From Squalus acanthias (lineage: Eukaryota): DNA of 64,000 nucleotides. The stretch is taken from NCBI GenBank assembly GCA_030390025.1, contig CM059431.1, positions 120,654,001-120,718,000 on the forward strand. The letters are read 5' to 3'. The position numbers and the translations under genes are program-made. The notes under the pieces are model-generated. The model was not told the origin of the DNA. It did no database searches and saw only the letters and a program-made list of their open reading frames with translations. Shown here in pieces: positions 51,831 through 60,825 of this stretch. The stretch's first letter is position 1. Every line of letters begins with the position of its first letter.

Positions 51831-52019
51831 TCTGGAATATCAGATTGTCGTAAAAACCCATCTGGTTCACTAATGTCCTTTAGGGAAGGAAATCTGCTGT
51901 CCTTACCTGATCTGACCCATATGTGACTCCAGACCTACAGCAATGTGGTTGACTCTTAACTGCCCTCTGAAATGGCCTAGCAAGCCACTCAGTTGTAACA
52001 AACCGCTACAAAACACAAT

Positions 52020-52777
52020 GGCCCAGAAATTCGCCTCTCCGGCTTGCTGCGGGGGTAAGGATCGCGAGCGCACTTACCTACCGCGACTGCCGTTCTGCTT
52101 CTGGCCCACGGGGACTTCAGCTCCTGGGCCTGCCCCAACTGCCGGCGCACAGTGCTTGCGTGTCCCGGGGGCATAGTTAGTGCGATGCGTCCCCTGGGAT
52201 CACGTGGGCCATGGACAGCCAATGGCAGCAGACCATCTTTCATTCATAGATTTGACCTGTCAAATCTATGAATTGAAATCGGCCCCAAAAGAACAGCTAA
52301 ACTTCAAATAATTTTTTTAAAAAACCATCACATTTTTAAAATAACTATAAGTTAAATAAATTAACTACTTTAAATAAAAATTACAATTTTTGAAAAAATT
52401 AAACTACTTTTTAACATTGCTAAAAATAAACTTACCTTTCTTTAAAGTATCTAAAAAAGATAAACCTGTTGAAAATTTTTTTAAATTATAATTAATTAAC
52501 CACTTACCTTGTTGAAAACGGGACTTGCGCCTCCTTTTTAAAAGCGCAGCTTCTTCAATACTTACCCTCCTGGAGAAACCTGAAAAAAAAACTAAGTTTG
52601 CTGCGTGCGCGCAGCCTCTACCGCGCACGCGGTTCACCTCTGAACCGCTCCCGTCACCAGACCGGAAGTTCCGGTTTCCCACGCATGCACAGTGCATGCA
52701 GGAAACCGGTACTTCAGGAGGCCTTACGGGTGAGCACACAATGCGTACTCACCCGGCAAGTGCCGAATTTTTGGCCC
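52020..52777. mobile_element. MITE
   Basis: TIRs ggcccagaaattcg ... cgaatttttggccc; AAT TSD. Confidence 0.85.
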
Positions 52778-54336
52778 AATAATAAGAATGAAACCGGATG
52801 GACCACCCGGCATCGACCTCGGCACTGGCTACGGACATGGCAATGGCACACCCAGCCCAGTCGACCCTGCAAAGTTCTCCTCACCAACATCTGGGGACTT
52901 GTGGCAAAATTGGGAGAGCAGCCCCACAGACTAGTCAAGCAACAGCCTGACATAATCATACTCAAAGAATCAAATCTTTCAGCCAATGTCCCAAACTCCT
53001 CCATCACCATCCCTGGGTATATCCGGTCTCACTGGCAGGACAGACCCACCAGGTCAAGCAAGGGCAAGGAAACCTGCTGATTACCATCTACCACCCTCCC
53101 TCAGCTGATGAATCAGTACTCCTCCATGTTGAACACCACTTGGAAGAAGCACTGAGAGTAGCAAGGGCACAGAATATACTCTGGGTGAGGGACTTCAATG
53201 TCCATCACCAAGAGTGGCTCAGTAGCACCACTACTGACCGAGCTGGCCGAGTCCTGAAGGACATAAATGCCAGTCTGGGCCTGTGACAGGTGGTGAGAGA
53301 ACCAACACAAGGGAAAAACCTTCTTGAACTCGTCCTCACCAACCTACCTGTCGCAGATGCATCTGTCCATGACAGTATTGGTAGCAGTGACCACTGCACA
53401 GTCATTGTGGAGACGAAGTCCCGTCTTCACACTGAGGACACCCACCATCATGTTGTGTGGCACTACCACCGTGCTAAGTGAGATAGGTTCAGAACAGATC
53501 TAGCAGCTCAAAACTGGGCATCCATGAGGCGCTGTGGGCCATCAACAGCAGCATATTTGTATTCCACCACAATCTGTAACCTCATGGCCCAGCATATCAA
53601 TCACTCTACCATTACCATCAAGCCAGGAGACCAACCCTGGTTCAATAAGGAGTGTAGAAGAGCATGCAGGAGCAGCACCAGGTTTACCTAAAAATGAGGT
53701 GCCAACCTGGGGAAGCTACAACACAGGACTACATGCATGCTAAGAAGCGGAAGCAGCGTGCTATAGACAGGGCTAAGCGATCCCACAATCAACAGATCAG
53801 ATCAAAATTCTGCATTCCTGCCACATCCAGTCGTGAATGGTGGTGGATCATTAAACAACTAACGGGAGGAGGAGGCTCCATGAATACCCCCATCCGCAAT
53901 GATAGTGGAGTCCAGCACGTGAGGGCAAAAGATCAATATCGGCCTCTTCCTGAGGTTCCCTCCATTACAGAAGCCAGTCTTCAGCCAATTCGATTCACTC
54001 TACGTGATATCAAGAAACTGCTGAGTGCACTGGATACAGTAAAGGCTATGGGCCCCGAAAACATCCCGAAAAACTTGTGCTCCAGAACTAGCCATGCCTC
54101 GAGCCAAACTGTTCCAGTACAGCTACAACACGGCATCTATCCGACAATGTTGAAAACTGCCCAGGTATGTCCTGTTCACAAAAAGCAGGACAAATCTATC
54201 CTGGCCAATTACAGTCAACTCTCAATCATCAGCAAAGTGATGGAAGGTGTCATCGAAGGTGCAATCAAGCATCACTTACTCACCAATAACCTGCTCACTG
54301 ATGCTCAGTTTGGGTTCTGCCAAGACCACTCAGCTC

Positions 54337-55965
54337 TGTAGAATTCGCAATATATCGCGATTTTATTAATAAGGAGAAAACACAGAGTTTCGTTCAAACA
54401 GCTTTTATTTCAGCAGAATGCTGACAGGTTTAAAGTGGACACAAGCAGCCTGTAAAATGGCCGCCGCACCTCGTGACAGAACATTCTAGACTTTTCAACA
54501 GGCAGACAAGATGGCGTTCCAATAAACATTTGTGCAAGATCGATTAAGAGTCAGCACAGTGAAGATAATACACGAGACATTATGGGTTTGCAGTATACAC
54601 ATAAATACTGAAATCGGTCTCCCAGGTACAAATGAAAGCCATTGTACCGAGTAATCAAGGGCCCATCCAAAAGACATTAATATGTAAAATCCCAACGACT
54701 CTACGATGAGAGAGCCGTTAACAGGTAGTTATACAAAACACTTGGAAGCCCCACAACCCCTCCAGGGAGAACACCGACCGATTTAACAATGGGAGAAATA
54801 TTAACAGGTACTCAGACATTTACGAGTAGCCCCGAAACCCATTAAGAACGGAGATCACCCATACAAGACATTTGAGCGCCAGACCCTAAACAAAAGAATG
54901 GACATTAAGGTTGGGCGGGAAACGGAAGATTTTGCACTATAATTGCAGGCTCCAAACCGTCCATCTTTCTCTTATCCGATCGACTCGTAACCTCGTGGCT
55001 GCTCCTGTGTACTCGTAGTCGGGCTCCTGCTTGCCTGTTGACTCTTTGAAAAAGACTGTTGAACTTTCTGATCCGTTCGGATCTACCTCGTGTCGCGTAA
55101 CGAAGACCTATGTTGGTAACTGGCAGCGGAACCAAAGGCCCGAGATGAGATGAGATGAGATGAGATGAGATGAGAAGAGAGGAAGACCATATCCATCGCC
55201 ACGGTCAGTAAATCCCGACCGCGCCTGTAGGTCGAACAGCCAAGTTTTCCTTGCCAGGAAGACTTCTTCGAACTTGCAAAGAACATATCACATCGATGAT
55301 ATTGACAACTGTGCTCGGAAAAGTACCTGTTAAACCAACCAACACAGGTCTTCATCACAGCAGACGGTCCAGCCTGCTAGCCGGAGCAGCAGAAGCAAGT
55401 AAACAAGTGGGACCAGGAGATCTCCTGACCGACACGTGGGTGCTGCGGTGAAAAACATCCGATCAGCTATTCGGAATTTCTCCGAGTTATCACGAGTGGT
55501 GAGCACGAGTCTCGAAATCCTACGAATCTAGTTAGGATAGATATTGATAGGGGAGGGTTTAAGGATTAAGGATATTTGTAATGTGTGCCCCTATTTACTG
55601 TGTGCCGTTCGTTCCTCGTTTCCCTAAGATCGACTATATAACTGCTTGTAAGATTGTACTGTCATTAATCTGTGCTTATGACATGTATTTCATAATCTTA
55701 AGTATCATGCAATAAAGATTTTCCATTTCGTACCATTCAACCGAGTCTACATGAGTTTCATCTCCATTACTGCTCTCGCATCTAAGTCCAGTGTCTAGAA
55801 CCGTAAGGGCGAGTGATTCGAACCACTCACAGGTGTGTCTAGTGTTCCCAGACTGGCTGGAGACCAGAACAGGCAACAAGGCCTAGACCCGCACTGACAT
55901 ACAGGCTGCACAGAGCCGCGTGAATCTCACAGGCTGCGAGACACGCAGGGTCAGAATCCCTTACA
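54337..55965 (+). mobile_element. Solo LTR (1629 bp)
   Basis: TGTAGAA...CCCTTACA; GCTC TSD (54333-54336, 55966-55969); AATAAA at 55711; internal (GAGAT)n at about 55142-55173; LINE resumes after it. Confidence 0.95.
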
Positions 55966-57165
55966 GCTCCCGACCTCATTACAGCCTTGGTCCAAACATG
56001 GACAAAGGAGCTGAATTCCAGAGGTGAGTTGAGAGTGACTGCCCTTGATATCAAAGCAGCATTTGACCAAGTGTAGCATCAAGGAGCCCCAGTAAAACTG
56101 AAGTCAATGGGAATCGGGTGGGGGGGTGGGGGGGGGGGGGTGGAAATGCTCCACTGGCTGGAGTCATACCTAGCACAAAGAAAGATGGTTGTGGTGGTTG
56201 AAAGGCAATCATCACAGCCCCAGGACATTGCTGCAGGAGTTCCTCAGGGCAGTGTCCTATGCCCAACCACCTTCAGCTGCTTCATCAATGACCTTCCCTC
56301 CAACATAAGGTCAGAAATTGGGATGTTCGCTCATGACTGCACAGCATTCAGTGCCATTCGCAACTCCTCAGATAATGAAGCAGTCCATGCCCGCATGCAA
56401 CAAGACCTGGACGACGTTCAGGCTTGGGCTGATAAGTGGTAGGTAACATTCGCACCACAGAAGTGCCAGGCAATGACTATCTCCAACAAGCGAGAGTCTA
56501 ACCACCTCTTCATGACATTCAACGGCATTACCATCGCCGAATCCCCCACCATCAACATTCTGGGGGTCATCATTGACCAGAAACTTAACTGGACCTGCCA
56601 CATAAATACTGTGGCAAAAAAGCAGGTCAGAGGCTAGGTATTCTGTGGTGAGTGTCTAACCTCCTGACTCCCCAAAGCCTTTCCACCATCTACAAGGCAC
56701 AAGTAAGGAGTGTGGTGGAATACTCTCCACTTGCCTGGATGAGTGCAGCTCCAACAACACTCAAGAAGCTCGACACCATCCAGGACAAAGCAGCCCATTT
56801 GATTGGCACCCCATCCACCACCTTAAACATTCACTCCCATCCACCACCGGTGTTCTGTGGGTGCAGTGTGTACCATCTACAAGATGCACTGCAGAAACTC
56901 GTCAAGGCTTCTTCGGCAGCACCTTCCAAACCCATGACCTCTTCCACCTAGAAGGACAAGGGCAGCAGGCGCATGGGAACACCACCACCTCCAAGTTCCC
57001 CTCCAAGTCACACACCATCCTGAGTTAGAAGTATTTTGCCGATCCTTCATCGTCGCTGGGTCAAAATCCTGGAACTCCCTACCTAACAGCACAGTGGGAG
57101 TACCTTCACCACAGACTGCAGCAGTTCAAGAAGGCGGCTCACCACCACCTTCTCAAGGGCAATTA

Positions 57166-57609
57166 ACGAATCTAGTTAGGATAGATATTGATAGGGGAGG
57201 GTTTAAGGATTAAGGATATTTGTAATGTGTGCCCCTATTTACTGTGTGCCGTTCATTCCTCGTTTCCCTAAGATCGACTATATAACTGCTTGTAAGATTG
57301 TACTGTCAGTAATCTGTGCTTATGACATGTATTTCATAATCTTAAGTATCATGCAATAAAGATTTTCCATTTCGTACCATTCAACCGAGTCTACATGAGT
57401 TTCATCTCCATTACTGCTCTCGCATCTAAGTCCAGTGTCTAGAACCGTAAGGGCGAGTGATTCGAACCACTCACAGGTGTGTCTAGTGTTCCCAGACTGG
57501 CTGGAGACCAGAACAGGCAACAAGGCCTAGAGCCGCACTGACATACAGGCTGCACAGAGCCGCGTGAATCTCACAGGCTGCGAGACACGCAGGGTCAGAA
57601 TCCCTTACA
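57166..57609 (+). mobile_element. 5' LTR of provirus, truncated to its last 444 bp
   Basis: Matches 55522-55965 with about 3 substitutions by eye. Confidence 0.95.
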
Positions 57610-57613
57610 GAAA

Positions 57614-59425
57614 ATGGCGACCGCGGCAGGACACTGGCAGCGAGAGGGTAGTGTGTTAGACTTTGGAATGACTGTACGAAATGTTATGCAGGAAAAGATA
57701 GCAGATTATGTGTTCGGAAAGGTTAATCTAACTAAGAAATGGATAAGTGAATTGTTAGCGGATAAAAGCCCGCTAGAGGCAGCCGAAAGGTGGACAGATA
57801 GTAAAGAACATAAAAAGACACTTGAGAAAGCAGTCTGGCTTATGTGTTACAAAAGGCAGGTTCAGATTTCAAACCAGACCATTACAGCGCTAGTAGCTCG
57901 AATCAGTCATTTAGAGGGAGAAATGGATGAGAAGGTTTCTGGAGGGGAGGTGCTCATTAAGAATTTAAATGAGTTGCACCAAGAAAGCCAGGAAATCTCC
58001 AGTCACCTTAAAACAAGGATAGATTATCTCGAGTGCCAGGTCACTGAGGCAAAGTTGAATGAGAGCAGGTTAAAGGAAAGATGTAACCGCCAAGCTGCCC
58101 AGATAAGAACTCAAGAAGAGAGCTTAACGGGGGTTAGGGCGGCATATAAGTTGGCCCTTGAGGATAAGTTTGAGGGAGCCGACCATAGCGCCTGCCAAAG
58201 GGAGATAGAGCACCTCAAGAAGGCCGTAAACAAAGCGAACGGCATGGTGTGCCTTATCAGTCCGTCAGCACACCAGCCGTTAGTAAGTGAGAAGTTTAAG
58301 AAATCCCCACCAAGTAAAGCAGAGGAAGTAGTAGCCACTGCGCCCTCCGCGCCACCCAGCTATTCGGAAACCTGGGTAAGGGAGGAAGCAATGGAAGAAA
58401 CAAAAGAGCCCATTGAAAAAGAAGTAGGAAAGGGACCGTTGTATCCAGTAACGGGCATTAAAAGGGGCCCAAACAGAAACGGTGGGGAAGAACCGGGGGA
58501 TCTCCTCGGACAGCTGGTGTTGCCTCACAGTTCACATCAGCTGAGAGCTATGATAAATCATGTACGGAAGCTGACCGAGTCAGACGACCCTTCCGTACAT
58601 TTCAGAGAAGTTGAGCAAGCCGCAGCCATTAACGGCTGCGATGATGGGGAAACAGCAAAAATGCTGCTGTTCTCACTAGACAGCTCGGTCCTTCAGTGTC
58701 TCTCAGGCGAGAGCAAGAGGGGAACCAAGACTTATGAGGAATTGAGGGATGAGGTCCTGGAAGTGTTGGGGGCGAACGATGAAGGTCCGTTTGCTAGAGT
58801 GGGACAGACAGTGCAGATGGAGGGAGAACCCCCGAAGGTTTTTGCCGACAGGCTGTGGCCAGTATATGAGCGCAGCTGTCCAGGTGCGCCCGAGCGCGAA
58901 GATGTGGAAGGCACCGCTTTAACTCATTGGCTTAGGTGCATAATAGCCAACAGTTTACCAGCCGTCAGAGAGCAGGCAAAAGCATGGTTTGATCCCAATG
59001 ACCCCAACATTACGGAAGAGTCGGTCTTGAATCGACTCACGTTAGGTTATCGCAATATAAGGGGTATGGCAACACGTCCCCTTAAGGGAAGAGTACATGA
59101 GGTACGACCCGCAGCCCCGTATCAAAGAGAGTGGCATCAGGAGGGTAATCGCGCCCCACAGGCAGGTAATGCTTGTTACGGGTGTGGGAAGACAGGGCAC
59201 TGGTGCAAGCATTGCAGGAACCCTTGGAAGGATTCCAAGGATAAAAATCCCGCGGTCCGAGCCCAGGCGCCTGTCCCGGCTAAGGAAGCTAAGGCACCCA
59301 CCCCTCCTGACGACCTCGAAGTAGTGTTAGGAGCCATGCGCAATCTAATCTTGAGTGCGCGTGGACAGGTGGCGGTCGCAACCGGCCCCGTAGGTGCCGC
59401 AGGACCGTCTAATAGTACCCCATGA
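57614..59425 (+). CDS. gag: Gag polyprotein (603 aa): N-terminal coiled coil, PSAP/PPSY late motifs, capsid-like region, one CCHC zinc knuckle
   Basis: Intact ORF directly after LTR/PBS; PSAPPSY at 58343-58363; CYGCGKTGHWCKHC at 59174-59215. Confidence 0.92.
   Translation: MATAAGHWQREGSVLDFGMTVRNVMQEKIADYVFGKVNLTKKWISELLADKSPLEAAERWTDSKEHKKTLEKAVWLMCYKRQVQISNQTITALVARISHLEGEMDEKVSGGEVLIKNLNELHQESQEISSHLKTRIDYLECQVTEAKLNESRLKERCNRQAAQIRTQEESLTGVRAAYKLALEDKFEGADHSACQREIEHLKKAVNKANGMVCLISPSAHQPLVSEKFKKSPPSKAEEVVATAPSAPPSYSETWVREEAMEETKEPIEKEVGKGPLYPVTGIKRGPNRNGGEEPGDLLGQLVLPHSSHQLRAMINHVRKLTESDDPSVHFREVEQAAAINGCDDGETAKMLLFSLDSSVLQCLSGESKRGTKTYEELRDEVLEVLGANDEGPFARVGQTVQMEGEPPKVFADRLWPVYERSCPGAPEREDVEGTALTHWLRCIIANSLPAVREQAKAWFDPNDPNITEESVLNRLTLGYRNIRGMATRPLKGRVHEVRPAAPYQREWHQEGNRAPQAGNACYGCGKTGHWCKHCRNPWKDSKDKNPAVRAQAPVPAKEAKAPTPPDDLEVVLGAMRNLILSARGQVAVATGPVGAAGPSNSTP
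57615..57632 (+). promoter_or_regulatory. Primer-binding site, tRNA-Arg(UCG)
   Basis: TGGCGACCGCGGCAGGAC is complementary to the 3' 18 nt of a vertebrate tRNA-Arg-TCG as I recall it (...GTCCTGCCGCGGTCG-CCA); lies 5 nt after the LTR. Confidence 0.85.
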
Positions 59426-60535
59426 CTAGAGCCCACGCAGCCTGCCTACCTGTGTCCTTTTAAAAGACACGCACAGGAGGGGGTCTGCGGTGAGGAGGCC
59501 AGGTTAAAAGAGCAGGCCTTGCGGGAGGAGAACGCCCGCTTAATAGGGAAAATAGATGGGCTGGAAGGGCAGCTTAGAGAGCAGGCCCTGCGGGAGGAGA
59601 ACGCCCGATCAATGGGAAAGTTAGACGTGCTCAGGCTAGAAGGGCAGCTTAGAGAGATAAAAGCAGCCTACAGGGTAGCCAAAAGCCGGGAGTATGAGGA
59701 TGTAAACCAGTGCAAACTGTACCAGCCAGGTGCGCAGGGGAAAACTACAGGGGTAAATCCCGCCAGTGGGAAAGCACAGCCCCAGGTAGGACCACAAGGC
59801 ACACAGGCAGGCATAGCAGCTTGCATCAGGGGAAGGGACATCCCGGACGATCATGCAGCGTTTTTCTGGAATTGGGGGTTAGATGAGGAAGAATTCAGGG
59901 TACCCGGGTCAGATGAGGACAGTGCAGATGAGGATAGTGATGACGACGGGTGGTTTCTGAGGAACGGTCTGGAGGGAACGGGGGCTGCAGATAGAGATCC
60001 ACACAGGGTGGACACACAAGCTGCAGGTCCCGAAGACAGGAGGGAGGAGCTAGGGGAGGCAGGGCCAGCCGCTATGGGAGCACAGAGAGTACCGGTATGG
60101 CTCCCAGAGATGTGGCCGCCCGCTTTGAACGTCCCGCCCTCGGGGGAGGCAGAGATCACGAGTGAAGGGCCGCCTGCTGGGCCAAGCAGGGCGGAGCCAC
60201 AAACTGCGAGCCCCGAGGTTAGGGAGGCGGAGTCAGCGGAGGCGGAGCCAGCGACTGTGGTGGAACCCCAGGTCATCCCGATGGAAGCCTCGGAACCCGG
60301 TCCGTCCGTCACAGAACCCCCGCCCATAGCAACTCCCCGTAGGTCAAGTAGAGAACCCCAGCCCAGGAGGATGTGGTCATTTCCCCAGACTGCCCCAAGG
60401 CGTAGAGTTAAGGTTAAGATAACCCAGATACAGGCCGGCCACATCGCAGCAGCAACAGGCTGCGGCAGATCAGAGGGAAGGGTCAGTGCCCTCCCACCGT
60501 CGGGAAGAGCTCGCAGCAGCCTTCTCAGAATTTAA
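59426..60535 (+). CDS. Unknown ORF in frame with gag, in the position normally held by pol (coiled-coil, acidic and Pro/Glu-rich)
   Basis: Open from the codon after the gag TGA to 60535 (369 codons); no protease D(T/S)G, RT YxDD or integrase motifs seen. Confidence 0.7.
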   Translation, partial: LEPTQPAYLCPFKRHAQEGVCGEEARLKEQALREENARLIGKIDGLEGQLREQALREENARSMGKLDVLRLEGQLREIKAAYRVAKSREYEDVNQCKLYQPGAQGKTTGVNPASGKAQPQVGPQGTQAGIAACIRGRDIPDDHAAFFWNWGLDEEEFRVPGSDEDSADEDSDDDGWFLRNGLEGTGAADRDPHRVDTQAAGPEDRREELGEAGPAAMGAQRVPVWLPEMWPPALNVPPSGEAEITSEGPPAGPSRAEPQTASPEVREAESAEAEPATVVEPQVIPMEASEPGPSVTEPPPIATPRRSSREPQPRRMWSFPQTAPRRRVKVKITQIQAGHIAAATGCGRSEGRVSALPPSGRARSSLLRI

Positions 60536-60825
60536 AGGGGCCGCCCTGAGAACGGGCGGCACTGTAAAGTTATAAGTTTTAAGTCTTAAGTTTATAGTTC
60601 AAGGTTAAGTTTATAGTTTTTTTTGATAAGGTTAAGATTGTAGTGTTTTTAACAGAAAACGATAAAATGATGGGAGCTTTAAAGTTAGGTTTAGTTAAAG
60701 TTTATTCAGCGAACGTGGAAGTTTACGTGAGGCGAGGTCAGGGGACCCGCTCACCCTTCACAGAAGCCAGAGACTCTTGCGAGGCTGGCTACTTCATTCT
60801 ATTTGATCACAGGAACCAAGGAAGG

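Larger units (their letters stand above)
51840..57165 (+). mobile_element. CR1-group LINE (APE endonuclease plus RT, decayed) preceded by a SINE core; interrupted by a MITE and a solo LTR
   Basis: EN motifs LTNIWGL, QQPDIIILKES, DFNVHH, SDHC; RT motifs GVPQGSVLCP..FINDLP..MFAHD; stops and frameshifts present. Confidence 0.88.

Noticed and set aside
57166..57609. Provirus as a LINE-mediated retrocopy co-inserted with the upstream LINE
   Set aside because: The LINE is old and decayed while the LTRs are nearly identical, and the breakpoint does not match an evident transcription start
59426..60535. ORF2 as a degenerate pol
   Set aside because: No protease, RT, RNase H or integrase motif seen and far too short; at most the first 15-20 codons could be a pol leader remnant
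60643..60825. N-terminal 61 aa of the 844-aa ORF-track protein as part of Env
   Set aside because: Starts at GTG in an AT-rich spacer; the signal peptide begins at ATG 60826 just after a splice acceptor
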